This document shows positions 1 to 14,299 of a stretch of DNA of 64,000 bases, one piece after another. The translations under genes were made by a program, and so were the position numbers. The stretch is from NCBI RefSeq assembly GCF_001194135.2, contig NC_068984.1, positions 35,092,083-35,156,082 on the forward strand. Reading direction: 5' to 3'. Below the pieces are notes generated by a model. That model was not told the origin of the DNA, made no database searches, and saw only the letters and a program-made list of their open reading frames with translations. Positions within the stretch are counted from its first letter, which is position 1; the number at the start of each line of letters is the position of its first letter. This DNA is from Octopus bimaculoides. Lineage: Eukaryota.

Positions 1-269
1 TATATATATATACATATATATATACCTGCACACCCATATACACACACACACACACACATGTTACTTATAATTAAGGGTACTAACAGGCAGTACCGTCATG
101 CTAAGTATAGCAGTCAAATAATATCCTCATATATATTTAAACACACATGGTTGTGTGTGTGTGTGTGTAAGCATAGAAAACGGGCTTCTTTCAGTCCCCG
201 CCTACATGATCCACAGTCGAGCCTTTGGTGCCACGCAGTTGCATTAACATAACTCTTAGTGACCTCACT

Positions 270-1680
270 CTTTTAAATAATGCCAGACTCAAGCTATCAT
301 TCCGCAACCCTACGTACGCGACAACAAATACTAGCTGCAATACCACCTCCAGTCCAATAGAAATACAAATTGAGTTTCAGGTTCTCCTCCACTAACATCC
401 AACGGGACTCAACCTCACCGACAGTAAACGCCAGCCACGGTGCAGGTAGTTAAACTTGAAATTATCGTGTTTCCCAATTATGCACTCTTGGAGGCTTCTG
501 TCTATGCAAAACTGATCTCTACAAGTGCTGTGTTATAACACCATACTCCGAAGAAGCAAGGGCATATATCGGCGGGACTGTAGATTTCAAGCGCCGCTAC
601 CGTACACGCATGAACGCTTTCTCCAATACAAATTCTAAATTATCAATCTCCTTAGCAGCCTTAAATCTCCTCCTCCATAGTGAAGTTCCTCCCCACCACC
701 CATACAATGCAGACATCAGCAAATGTAAGTTATGTATAATAGAAACATTAGTCATTCTTGGCCTTCATAACTCCTCTTTACTTAATAGATTCACAGATGT
801 TATTTATCCTTGTAAACATAGATGATACACACTTCGTTAAATCTATGTGATCCCAATTATGTATCCATACCCCAAATAACCTTAAAATAAGGCAAAGCAA
901 ACCTAGCAACGTACTACTTAAAAATACCACCCCACTCTTATTCTTTCTCATACACACATTTCCAATTTCTCCCTAATTGTTCCTATCCACTACTTCCCAC
1001 GTCCCTCTTTGCCTCTCCACCCTCCCCACTTTCAAAAGTACTTAACAATACCCCACTCCTTTGAAAACTAACCAATCTACCTCTACACCTCCCCATTCAC
1101 TCTATTCCATTTCATACTCAATTCTTTACAATAACACCCTCTCCAATACCACCTCAATTCCTTTTTCTCATTAACTATTCTGACCAACTTCCTATCTCCC
1201 ATTCTATCCCCCAATCTCCTCTTTTTCCTCTCTACATACCTTAAATATCTACCTCAGCCACTGAACCATTCAACGTATTCCCCTCAAGTAATAGCCATTC
1301 TCATTTTCATTATCTCAAACTTAGAACCTACACCCTTCATACAAAGTAACGCAAAGGTTGCCATTCATATGCTACCTAAACCACCCTTCCCTCTTCTATC
1401 CAACTTCCACCTCTACTACTAGCCTCATTAATAAGACCTAACCCTGAAATATTTTCTCCTCCCACTACTCTCTATCTTAGTACCTTCCAACACTTCCTTT
1501 TAATACACTTAGTTCTCCACAAAATCATTCCATCTTTAATCTCCTTTCTATCAAAAACTCAAATGTAAAAATTTTCCCTGAAGAATGAGGCTGGTGTTAT
1601 CCGATGATCGAATCCATTTACAATCATTATTTTGGACCACCAAAACCCTCAGAAACAGCTTTTGCATTCGTAAAACACAT
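270..1680 (+). mobile_element. Penelope-like element 3' portion: decayed GIY-YIG endonuclease (481-825) plus C-rich 3' region
   Basis: The frame from 481 reads CTLGGFCLCKTDLYKCCV...AYIGGTVDFKRRYRTRMNAF...PYNADISKCKLCIIETLVIL...SLLNRFTDVIYPCKHR*. This fits the PLE endonuclease pattern CPLxGxCL..IYK..YIG.T..FK.RY..H..SF..PY..C.LC..E..IL..LLN.R..C.H. There are frameshifts upstream. The outer boundaries are approximate. Confidence 0.8.
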
Positions 1681-3802
1681 ATTCAACCCCTTGGATTCCT
1701 GATATTATTTCTATTTTGTGTAATTGGCACCTTTTTACATATTTTGTATTAAAAGTACTTAATATTTGTTGTATATTGACGTTCTTATTTTTACTCTTCT
1801 ACCTGCTCAAGTTTAAGTCCCTACGAAGTCTATGCTATACGTAGAATAGCTGTCTGTCGTACATATATATAGGAGAGTATTGTAGTTAGCATACACACAT
1901 ACACACTCACACACACATACACATAACTCTATATTAGTCACATAAACAAACTTCAATATCATAAGTTGACGAAACAATGTTACTACAGAGAAAATAAAGT
2001 GAAAGGAAAAGTGTTGTTTTGTTATTAGATCTTGCGCTTGAAGCATTAATTTCCTTAAGGAATCAACCGAGTGTACGTTTTCTGAACAAGTATTTACAAG
2101 AATTAATATCATGGAAAATTTTAATTGTCACGAACCATACATCAGGGTACCACTACCCCGTAACCCGACACCTACTCTAGAAAGGTGTAAAATTTTAATC
2201 TTGTGCAACAAGAATTTAGGAAATCTGTCAAACCATTGTTGTTTGTTGTAATTGTCCTGAAACCATTAAGAATACCTATAACTTACATAGCAATCGAATA
2301 AATGGGAAATCCATATGTGAAAGGAAAATTTTATGAATTGGTAACAAAGTTCGTGGTTACAAAAGATAGTCTCATCTATTGTTAGCATCAAATGTCCTTG
2401 AGAATTTGAAACGTAAGGAATTGCTTGTCATTTTGATACTCCCCCGAACGCAACTTGAAATCTATTGTGTCAGTTATCCGGAAATCTAACAAAATCTTCG
2501 TTATGCAGGATTTGCTTACCAAAAAGTTCGCTGGGCACTTCTGTCGCTTAGGCAAACATTAATCCTCGTCATTGCCTAGAATCAATCTAGAATCACATCA
2601 TATGTACATAGCTATGAAAGATTTTTTCCTTTCCACAAAACCTGACACCATTTCTATAGTTTATGGACGAAAGAGTTACCTCATGGAATATTCTTTCAGA
2701 ACTTCAAATCAGCGAATCTGAATGCCTGTTGATAAATACCATTTAGTTAATGTTATGTCTCAAGGTACTGCTATCTAGCACATTCGGATGATCTCTACTC
2801 AACCGCTACACGATGGCTACTCAACTCCCTACCACTGTCAGACTACCTCTATTTATACGTCTTGGGCGATCCTACTTCTTCGCTTGGGGACGTCGACACA
2901 ACAGTTAACGAGTTACGGCTACAATTCAACGGTGTACAAATAATAAACTATTAAAGTACCTGGAAAAAGTTAAACACATATGTTACATTGAGCGAAAGGT
3001 TGTGTCCAGATTTTTGTAACGAAGACTGAAGTATACAACATATCAGTCTCAATTAGAAGTAACATTTTATAAATGTCTCAGACTGCGATTTAAATCACAT
3101 ATTGATAAGGAAGTACTCATTTGAGAAACCTAAAATGTGCTAAGTGACCGCAAATGTCTGGTTTAGATAGCGGAGAAGTGGTACTCCAAAAAGCCATTTT
3201 AAATAAAAGTGGACTTGTCAAAAACCATATAGATCGTCTTTTACAGTGATTTTCAGAAAATGAACCAATATTTGATAGAAACATGCATGTTAATGGTTCA
3301 CTGATGGTAGCACTAAATTGTCACAGGGAAGAACTTCAGGTTCAGAGAAAGAAGACGATGGAATCAAAACTTGAGACATGTAATTTTTAAAATAAAATAG
3401 GAAAAACATTTACAGTTGTGCCATACGTTGTTTTTATTGTTTCATGTTCTTGTGTAAAGTAAAAATAAATGTCTGTTATTTTTATTGAATAACATATAAT
3501 GTTCTTCAAATGATATCTTTCAATATATTGCGTGTATAATTATTGACTGAATTACGCATAACTTTATTCGAATTGCTTTTTCTATTTATGCAGAAGCAAA
3601 AGAAGCCTACTATATTTTAAATTATTGTACATTTCTTTTAAGTAAAATAACGTATCTCCGTAAAAGCTATTCTATATTTTATATTCCTCTGGTAACGAAG
3701 TTTCAAAAATCGAAGTAAAAATTAACCGAATTCGTTGAAGGTATTGTGTGTCTGTGTGTGATTGCTGTGTACGTGTGTATGTATACGAATGTGTATTTGC
3801 AA

Positions 3803-3874
<72 letters not shown>

Positions 3875-5985
3875 CCCCCCACGTATATATATATGTATAT
3901 ATACAGATAGATATATGGAGGGAGAGATCAAAAACATCGAGCTATTTGAATACATTAGAAACAGAAGGGAATTATAATCTGCTGCTAGAGTTTATTCAAT
4001 ATACAAACAGAAATATGATGTTCGAGAATACGTTGATATGTGTGTGTGCGTGTAACTGTATGTACACATAGATACACACAGACACACAAACACAAACACG
4101 CACACACACACACTCATACACATGGTTATTTCATATTGTTGATTTACGCACATTTTCCCGCTACACACATTCACACACGCACATTTATATGTACTCTGCA
4201 CATTGTTTTCTCTACCTTATCATCTTTCCTTTTGTCCATCTCCCCCTTTCCTCTACAATCTGAGCTAATGTCTCTAGACCGATTCAGCATCACTAATATT
4301 TCTTCTCTGATAAAGTTTGACGAAAACACACTTAGATGAAACCCCATGGCTATGTTGTAAGAATTCGAAAAAATCTAATTATATATATGTGTGTGTGTGT
4401 GTGTCTATGTATATAGATACATATATTTATATATATATTCATATATGTATATATATATATATATNNNNNNNNNNNNNNNNNNNNNNNNNNNNNNNNNNNN
4501 NNNNNNNNNNNNNNNNNNNNNNNNNNNNNNNNNNNNNNNNNNNNNNNNNNNNNNNNNNNNNNNNNNNNNNNNNNNNNNNNNNNNNNNNNNNNNNNNNNNN
4601 NNNNNNNNNNNNNNNNNNNNNNNNNNNNNNNNNNNNNNNNNNNNNNNNNNNNNNNNNNNNNNNNNNNNNNNNNNNNNNNNNNNNNNNNNNNNNNNNNNNN
4701 NNNNNNNNNNNNNNNNNNNNGAGAGGGAGAGAGAGAGAGAGAGAGGGAGAGAGAGAGAGAGAGAGACTATTAAAGCATAGGTAGTTCTAAGTAGGTGGTG
4801 TATATCGTTATTACATAGCCACTGTTTACATTATTACGCTTCTGGTAGCAGCTGTTCCACATTGGTGCTTAATCGGGATACACCAAGTATTCACATACTA
4901 ACATCCGTAGTAAACCTTGCATACACATCATTTATCCCACACTAACTTCACCATTTATAAGCAATGTTAGATACAATTTAAGCGATCAGAGACGGCGCGG
5001 AAATGAAGGAGATCAGTTCCTCAAGCTACTGGAGATATCAGCAACATCTTCCTGCTACGTTCTATCATTAGAAAATATATACTGGTATAGACTGTATCAG
5101 AAAAAATACAGATTGGTCATTGATAGAATATCTTTCATTTTAGCGTTGTTCGATTATGAGCTAAACAACGATATTAAAAATACAGTATTATGCCTCCACC
5201 AAAATATGGCCTATTGTTTTGAAGCCGTTGTATGATTGGAACCTTTTTTTTTTATCTAGACCTGTGATGTCAACATAGTTTCGTTGTGAAAATCTTGTGT
5301 AATATTACAAAGCTCAAAAGGCCATTAGGTACATTTTACGGAAAATATCTGTCTCTCTAATTTTGAGTAATTGTAACAATGTTTGCTTCAGAGAGATGGA
5401 AGGAGTTTATCCATATTTAGAAACTCATATTATAACTAATTGTTTTGAAAATGATGAATATATTTTTTATGAAAATAAATTACATTTGAAAAAATTCTTA
5501 TCACGCGAAACTCTCAACTTTATCAGATAGTATTGAGTTCCTCAACTATTCTTTGCATTAAATCGATTTACATGAATAAAATATAAAATTAAGAACAGAT
5601 AGATTTGAAATGAAATTGGCTAGCGACGAAACTAAATATGAACATATTTTAATATACGAAACTATATTTAACGATTTCAAGTATATGCATTACCATGGCG
5701 ACAAAAAATTACAATAGAATCTACGTGGTAGCTTAATCAATTACTGATATCCGCACATTCTTCTTCAAGCCACACCCTACACGTTACACGTTACAAATCT
5801 AGTCTAAGATATACTAAATAGATGAAGTGATTTATGTTAGTAAACTATTTTGCGCTTAATTCTACATTACCAGATTTGGCCTTAATTTATATAACATCAT
5901 ATGCAACAACAACAACAACACAACCAACGACTAGACTGTCTATATAACCACCACTGTATCCAACATCACTACCAGTGGTGTAAAC

Positions 5986-6150
5986 CAGTGGTTCCCAACC
6001 TGTTCACTACCAAAGACACATTTTATTTAAATGACTTTTCCTACGGACCCCAGGATATTGAAAGATCTGCTAGCTTAACATGTTCGCGGACCCCTAGTTC
6101 TACTTTTGCGGAACACCAAGGGTCCGCGGACCGCAGGTTGGGAAACACTA
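5986..6150. mobile_element. hAT/Charlie-type MITE (165 bp)
   Basis: TIRs are CAGTGGTTCCCAACCTG (5986) and CAGGTTGGGAAACACTA (6134-6150). The 8-bp TSD is GTGTAAAC/GTCTAAAC (7/8 match). Internal palindrome GGTCCGCGGACC at 6121-6132. Confidence 0.85.
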
Positions 6151-6217
6151 GTCTAAACTATGACCATTTGCAATAAACCACGACAATGGCACTTCATCAA
6201 CATCATCTTTAACTTTA

Positions 6218-7446
6218 AGAGGGTGAACTGAAAACTTCATAGACTGAGTATGAAATATTTATGCTAGAGCTGTGAAATATTGATTTCACTAATTTCAACA
6301 CTTCTTATTAATAACTGCATTTTTTTTCTTTCCAGGTCAACTGCCATCTAACTGTTCAAAGAAGACTTGAAATGTAACTAATAGCGACTTTTCATGAAAG
6401 TAGAAAACAAAATTGACATCGTGGTATTATCAAATGCCTGCAGAAAAATTGTTTAGACTCCAATGAGAGTCAGATTGACATGGCTGCAACAGTGTAAATG
6501 TCGGCGGCTGAATTTAGAAGAGGAAGGAAGAATCTTGAAGATTACCTAAGGTTATGCCGTTCCCACCACCAAGGAAACATTGATCGTGTTCACCGCATAC
6601 TGATGGAGGAAGGCGATTGACTATAAATCAAATAGCCAATGCTGTTCGCATATCCCTTGAGAGATCTGAGAATATTCTGCACGATGAACTTGGTATGATG
6701 AAGGTTACTGCTCGATGGGTGCTACGTCTCCTGACACCTGATAGAAAGCATACTAGGCCGATTACATCAGGGTTCTGGCATTGTTTGAAGCAGATCCAGC
6801 TGTTTCCTTGAACATTTCCTTACCCAGGAAAACGTCATCGGTTTGAGCCAGAGTCAAAGAGACAATTAATGCAGTGGAAATACCCCTCCACACCTGCTCT
6901 AAAATGGCCGAGGTCATTGAATCTGCAGGGAAGGTGATGTTCTCAATCAGTATTCCAGGACGAAAAGGAACTGTGTTTATTAGTAATCTGCAAAAGAGCT
7001 ACACCATCAATGGAAAGATTATGCCAACTTGCTAAGGCATTTACAAATGACCAACAAGACTAAACGACTAGGGAAACTGAGGAGAATAGTTTGTTTGATT
7101 AGGGCAATGTTCCAGCATACAAGTCCTTGCTTCCAAAGGCAGCTGCGTGTGACTGAGGATCACTGTCCCTATTCTCCTGAATTTGCCCAACTTGAATATA
7201 ATCTCTTCTATACTATGAAAATCATTTGGGGGAAGACCACTATCGCAGTGATGACGTCATAACTGCTTTTAATAACATTTTCGACCAGCAGACCGAAAGT
7301 TTCTTCACCAATGGGATCTATGTACTGCACCACCTTTGAAGTGACTGTGTGCACGGAAATGGGGACTATGTTGGAAGCTAAACCTCATGTGATCATATTC
7401 CATAAAATTATATTGATCAGTCTCTGAACTCTTCAGTCGACCTTCG
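6218..7446 (+). mobile_element. Near full-length decayed mariner (Tc1/mariner) transposon
   Basis: Imperfect TIRs: (TA)AGAGGGTGAACTGAAAACTTCATAGACTGA versus the reverse complement of 7417-7446. Transposase remnants ...ELGMMKVTARWVLRLLTPD (WVPR-L-like) and HCPYSPEFAQLEYNLF (YSPDLAP-like), with many stops and frameshifts. Confidence 0.9.
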
Positions 7447-7530
7447 TTGTATGCGAAATAAAGTTTGCATTAATACAAATATCAAGATCGTTTGCTTTAC
7501 CATAATTTTCCTACTGTCTTTACTCTTTCA

Positions 7531-7568
<38 letters not shown>

Positions 7569-8729
7569 CATACTCTCTCTCTCTCTCTCTCTCTCACGCA
7601 CACATACACACACACAACCATAATGTGTATTTATGTGTATGTATATAGACAGACACATATATATATATATATATATAATTTCACTGAATGTCCTCCTACA
7701 GAAGGAAATTGCATTCACTTACTACTTCTAAAATATGATGTGATTATGATGATGACGACTTTGACGAGAACAGCAATAATGGTGTTAATGATGTCAACGA
7801 CTATGGCGGAGATGAAAAGTTTTGCGAATTAACATAAAAACTCTGCAGCTCTCGCTGCTGCTTGGCTGAGGCTGGTGTTGGTGTCAAGATGGGCGATTAT
7901 AGTAATGAGTCGATAATGATGGTGATAACGGACGTTTATGATAATGTTGCTGATGGTAATTATGATTATGTGAAGGAATCATTACAATGATGTTGATGAC
8001 AAATGTTAATTTTGAAGTTATAGTTTGACACTGCTTTGAAAGCGACGACGATGATGATGATTACTATGATTACTATTTCGATTATTCTGGTGATGATCAG
8101 ATCGGTAGATAACAATAATGATATGATAATTTAATATTAACATAATAGCAGTAATAATGATTATATTTATGATAATATTGATAATGTTGACTGATAGTAA
8201 TCATGGCGTCAGCAAAAATTGTGGTTAAATTAGTATAAATCAATAACTAGGGTCATTTTAATAAACTAATTTTCATCTAAAATGCACGAGTTGCCCACCA
8301 GAGAGTATGAACTATGCATGATTTCTTCTTCACTTCGAAATCGTTTGAGTACTTGCGATAGGCTCGAACGTTCTATAGATTTAAATCCTTTTATAACGCT
8401 ACTAAAGGCAGAGACACAACAAATATTCATTATGCTTCTTCCATTTCTGTACCTAGACTGAATTTCAGACAAAACTGTCGCGATTTTCCCACTCAGTCTG
8501 TAGAACAACACAGCTAAGCTGTATTGTATATATCAATATATATTAGATGTACTTGATATACTTTCCGATTATATCTAGCAGAGAAATGTTTCTATAGTAC
8601 TAGTATTCATTCTTATTAAGCTTTTAGAATATGAGAATCATGCTAGCAGCATTCTGTCTTTGTGAGACTTTTTCAGCTTCATTTAATCCCAGCCACAACT
8701 GTTGGAGACATCTAGAGTACGTGAATACG

Positions 8730-8765
<36 letters not shown>

Positions 8766-9010
8766 TTTAAGTCACAATATATGGATTCAACTAATATTGG
8801 GTTCTCCCATAAATAATGCGGTTTGTTTTTAATTGCATGAACTAAAAGTCGGAGGGAGACGGGATAAACTATCTTCATCAACTTGCTATAAAAGCATGCA
8901 GTAATTTACATTGTCATTATTCTTAATGAAAGTGTTGAAAAGTGCAGTTCGATTTTAATAGTTATTTTTTCAAAGCTATAAAGTAAGTGACAAAGGAACA
9001 TATTTGGCAT

Positions 9011-9188
9011 ATACAGCTGCCCGACTGGGTCGAACTACAAATTTTAGAAGGTAGTTAACCTCAATGTGAAATTTGTGGGACCACAAACCATATTCGAGAA
9101 TTATTTCCCCAACACCACCCCTGCTAACAACAAAGCACCTTCAACAAAAGCAGTAGGAGATACCATATACCACACCTGCATAATCATT

Positions 9189-9234
<46 letters not shown>

Positions 9235-9900
9235 ACAGAAATATCAGAGACAGCAAGAACACTAAAATTAGCGTCAGTTAGAAACTCAACAGCAGCACCA
9301 ACAATCATGCCAGCAACTGCGAAACAAACAAGACTGCTACATACGACAACAACGAAAACAGCTGAGACAACAGCAGCCTTAGCAATCTCAGAATTACCAT
9401 CACCACTGATATTAACAAGAAAAATGAGACAACCAACCTGAAAGTCGCCCAACCTAGCTTTCCCTCTTACCCACTCTGAAAATCACTCAAATATACACTC
9501 ACTCCTCAAGACAGAATCCACATACACTAGTGTTTCCCCATCTCGAAGTGAATTTCAGGAGGAAACAAAAAGCACAACAATATAAAAAAAAAAGATGACA
9601 GAAAGAAAACACAAGGCCTCACATCAACACCCAAACCAGAAAACATTCTCAGAAGAACAGACCCATTGCGAACAACACAAACCCCATCACCTCTAAAACC
9701 GTCAACAAAATCACCGCTCCCACCACCAGCACCACCAGCACCACCAACGCATTGACAACTACACCTTGCCTCCAAATGAAAGCTCTCACAACATAGTCAA
9801 TAACACAGACACAAAATTCATGCGCGTGAGGAGAACGAACAAAGATTTGAAGCCCCTCATAGCACGAAATAAAGATATTGGGAAAAGGGAGTTTAATTTG
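9011..9900 (+). mobile_element. Decayed LINE ORF1 remnant with degenerate CCHC zinc knuckle
   Basis: The frame at 9011-9109 reads IQLPDWVELQILEGS*PQCEICGTTNHIRELFP, i.e. CX2CX4HX4[C>F, TGT>TTT]. It resembles the ORF1 knuckle at 60023-60064. An A/C-rich low-complexity tail follows, and the 3' boundary is uncertain. Confidence 0.45.
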
Positions 9901-10031
9901 TGACTCTGTAAACCAGAGTTAAACTTATAACAAGAAAAGAAAGTGTTAGAAAAAAAGACACGGTCAGAATACATATATATGTATGTAAGTATGTATGTAT
10001 GTATATATATANNNNNNNNNNNNNNNNNNNN

Positions 10032-10794
10032 AGCAACATATTTACCGAAAGCGAGGGAATGCAGCTTTCAAAATTTATCTCTTAAAAACATTTAACTTAA
10101 CGGTAAACCACTGGTTTCTCAATCAATACAGAATAACTGTGAAGTAACCTGCATCTTTTGTTCTTCAATACACGTATGGTCGAGATACATAAAAATAAAC
10201 AAAAATCAACATACCACGATGCACCCAACACAGTACGATGACTTCTGTTCATAATCATATATCCGTGAAAGAGATCTGAATTTATCCGGTTGCATGTCAG
10301 TAACATGTGCTTATACAGAATAATATTCAGCACTGAATATATTCTAATTATTTATAATATAATATAGGATAAAATCTTTATAAGAATTTATCAAGTAGTC
10401 AGCGTGAAAAAACCTCATAATGAAAAAAAATCATCATTTTTTACATAAATATATATAATTTATATAAAGGGCGTTAACTGTGTAGTAATGCTTCACGCTT
10501 CGAGGGACTAAATAAGTCAAAAACTACCAAAACATAAGCAACATATTTACCGAAAGCGAGGGAATGCAGCTTTCAAAATGTATCTCTTAAAAACATTTAA
10601 CTTAACGGTAAACCTCTGGTTTCTCAATCAATACAGAATAACTGTGAAGTAGCCTGCATCTTTTGTTCTGCAGTACACGTATGGTCGAGTTACATAAAAA
10701 TAAACAAGAATCAACAAAATGATGAATTTTGTTAATTATGAGGTTTTTTCACGCTGACTACTTGATAAATTCTTATAAAGAGTTTATCCTATAT

Positions 10795-10802
<8 letters not shown>
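10032..10802. repeat. Local complex duplication: direct repeat 10032-10210/10537-10715 plus inverted repeat 10354-10440/10716-10802
   Basis: The 179-bp direct pair has about 7 mismatches and the 87-bp inverted pair about 4 mismatches, by eye. Confidence 0.9.
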
Positions 10803-10847
<45 letters not shown>

Positions 10848-11394
10848 TATATCTAGATATACATGCATACATACATACAAACATACATACATACATACAT
10901 ACATGCATACATACATATATATATATATATGTATACTGATTGTGGTTTTTTGTTATACGTTCTTTTCTTGTTATATGTTTTACTGTGGTTTACAGTTTTC
11001 GTAATTGTGCAGCGTGTATATATTGCCAGATGCTTACCTCCTTCATTTTTGTTTATTGTACATAAAAGGTATGTTGCAATAAAAGGTATGTTTACATATT
11101 CGGGTAGTCATGGTGAAAAGAAAAAAGATGAAACTGTCACACCAAATTGTAGATACTAAATAGTTGAACTTTTCTTGAGATGTTTGTTTGTATGTCGAAC
11201 CAGGACTGTCTGTAGTATTTTTGCAATGAAAAGGCTGTTTACATTTTTGAATACTCAGGGAGAAAGGATAGGAAAGAAAAAGTGGGGAAAATTTTCCCAG
11301 AAAATTGTAGATATTAAAGTTTTAGAAGTCACTAAAGATGATCGTTTGTATGTCCGAACACAGAAAACTCTAATGTTCTTAGAATAAAAAGGAT

Positions 11395-13450
11395 GCTTAA
11401 AATCTAGCACTGAATGTACACACCGTATCAACGAGGGAACTGACTTGGGCTTCATATTTACCATAAAGTTTGGGTCAGCCATGAATTACCAATAGTTGAC
11501 ATTTTGTTGGCGGTTTTTGAATACATACCCAGCTTTTGCTTTCTTCAGTATCAGTGTTAGTGGTATCAAACACAGAGCAAATATCAATGTGGACAGGCAA
11601 ACCCAATAGAAGTTGCCTCTCCTGATTTCTACTGTCCCGAAACTTCTTCTGTATGCCATCAGGTGCGTCCTTCATTTCCCCATACTTTACCAAACAATCG
11701 CTAAACATTAAATGCAATACCAAATAGGTTCATATATTTCATTATCCAAGAGTGTGGGATTATATCGTACACCTTACGATAGTCGGTCTATAACATGGGT
11801 AAGATAAATTTCTCCTCTTGCAGTCTCTAAGTACAGGTTTGTCTATCAGGAGTGGATCCTTGGTACCTCTGCACTTAGGCTTGCAAACCAACCCTTCTGC
11901 TCATGTGGTAGGTCTCCACATTTTTCCACAAGTTCGTACATTAAATCTGCGAGTATGTCAGTCAATAATTTCCACATAAGTGGCAAACAGGACGTCGGTC
12001 CGAAATTGTCTACCGTATTGCCTTTTTCTATGTTCTTCAGGCACAGCACTGTCCTACCCAATGTCAACTATTCTGGTGTTATTTCGTCGGCATTTAACAA
12101 GGTGTTGAGTTGCGCAGCTATTTGTGCATGACATTAAGTAAATCTTTTGATCCAGTAGCCTTCAACTGAATCTGGTCCCGGGGCGTTCAAGTTGCTCATT
12201 ATTTTGCTGATTTCCTTCACTTTCCTAACTGAAATGACTAGTTATGCCTGTTTTGGATAGACTACTGCTTGTTTCAGCTCTTGCAACCATTGAGCATCCT
12301 TCTTGTGCCTCTTGTTTTGCTCTAAATTTCACTCCAAAACCTTTGACTTTCATTGTTATCTGGTATCAACTATTCATCTGTACACTCTCCATTTATTTCT
12401 TCATCGAATTTCTTCTGACCTACTATGAATAAGCTATTCTGGTGTAAACCTTCATTCATTAGTCGTATCTTACCATCTTATTTTTTCTTTGCCACGAGGC
12501 GCTGTTTCAATTCCTCCATTACCACTTTTAAGCCCTTTCTTTCAATATGATGCTTCCTTTTCGGTGCCCTGTATTTTTGTTCGCTTTTAAGCTCACCATT
12601 TTCGTTTCGGTCTGACACAGAATTTTCCTTCGAAAGCATATCTAACCCTGCCTGTATTCTTCTCTTCCACAATGGGTCTTTTCTTTTGTAACTCCCATAT
12701 TTCTTTTTCTTGACATCAACACCCACGTTTTCTGATACAACAATACTTGCTGCCTTGATCAATTATTTGCTTCTATGATATTGTTTGATCTGATGTATTT
12801 CAGAATTTCATTGACATTTTTTGTTTCTTGGCTCGATTTCCACCGATTAACCTTTTTATGGTTGCGAATAATGATGCTATTTTTCTCCTGTAGTCTTGCT
12901 TTTATTCTGTCGTAGATTGCCATTTGTTCATCTGTCATGTCACCATTAGTTTTATTGTCTTCTTTCAGATCATCTTTATGTCTCTCACCAAGTAAACGAC
13001 CACTGCTTCTTTCCTGTGCTATGATATTACTTCTATTAGTAAGAACTGCATTTTCATCGTTATTTCTGCTGCTCTTTTCCATGACCCGTCATTTGATAGC
13101 TTCGAGCTCTACATCTGTGAACCAACGATTTTTTCTAATTGCTCTAGCTTGATCGCATAGATTCTGTTCCGTGAGTTGAAAAATCTCTTCTCTCTTCAAT
13201 GATCATACATACGTTGTCAGTAACTGCTAATTTGAGCCCCATCTTAATCTACCGGGATGCTCAGGTAGAAACACCCCATGACCACAGCATTTATTTGCTT
13301 GCTCCATCTACGCCGTGTGGGGTGATCCTTTTCTGGTTATCAACATGCTTCAGCCGATTCAGAATCTCTGAGCCTGCCGGGGACAACACTGTCACCATCA
13401 ATGGCTTAAGCTTCATCACGAACGTTATTCAATATTTTGTGCTTTCATTG
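11395..13450 (-). mobile_element. R4/Dong-clade non-LTR retrotransposon fragment (N-terminal region through RT)
   Basis: Minus-strand pieces: TEQNLCDQARAIRKNRWFTDVELEAIK; KDPLWKRRIQ; [39 protein letters not shown]; GTVEIRRG..LIPLTLILKKAKAGY; FMAD(P)KLYGKYEAQVSSLVDTV (FMDD motif decayed). Many stops and frameshifts. Confidence 0.9.
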
Positions 13451-13678
13451 TCACTCATATGAGGTAGCGATTTTCAGGCTGCACAATTATCAATATTTTT
13501 ATTGTAACACGATCACTAGGTGTATCATTAATCAAGGCATGGAGACGCTCTACCCGCTTCTTTTCGTTATCATTATTTTCATCATCACTGATATCACTGA
13601 TACTATTGTTTTTTTTATTTATTTACTATTTGTCATTGTTATATTAACAGGCTCACATGTCACACAGAGGGGACAGTG

Positions 13679-13722
<44 letters not shown>

Positions 13723-14299
13723 TGGGCCTCAGATTCCTGTGCTATCAGAATAGTAGTAGTTGTAATATTAGCAACTGCAGCATGTCATCATTAATTTTAT
13801 TTTTATCATTATCACCATCACTACCATTACTATTGTTATTATTATTATTTCCATTCATAATTAAAAAGATTTTATTAAATGTTCTTTCTTTTCAACTTTT
13901 GTCCTATACTTGAAATTATCATAAATATGTGGTTCTTTAAGGAAACAGCTGTGGGAAGTCTAGCAGCTTGGTGAATAGATCAAATTCTACAGGCCTATAA
14001 ATAGATTTGGAATATGGTGGCGAGGTCAGACATAGAAACAAAAGTATATTCGCACCCTTTGGGTCAGCAGAGGTCAATGTGTTTACTACTACCAGTGACC
14101 ACTGAGAGAGCTGCATTTGGCCTTGAAAAGAAGCAATTCAACCTGTTCTGCTTGTAATTACTGGTAGAAAAAACTATAATATNNNNNNNNNNNNNNNNNN
14201 NNNNNNNNNNNNNNNNNNNNNNNNNNNNNNNNNNNNNNNNNNNNNNNNNNNNNNNNNNNNNNNNNNNNNNNNNNNNNNNNNNNNNNNNNNNNNNNNTAT

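Noticed and set aside
2190-2740. Coding-like decayed stretch
   Set aside because: All frames contain stops and I recognise no motif, so no family can be supported.
3160-3390. Possible pogo/Tigger transposase C-terminus (..HIDRLLQ*F...QRKKTMESKLET)
   Set aside because: The resemblance is weak, with an internal stop and no TIR or catalytic motif seen.
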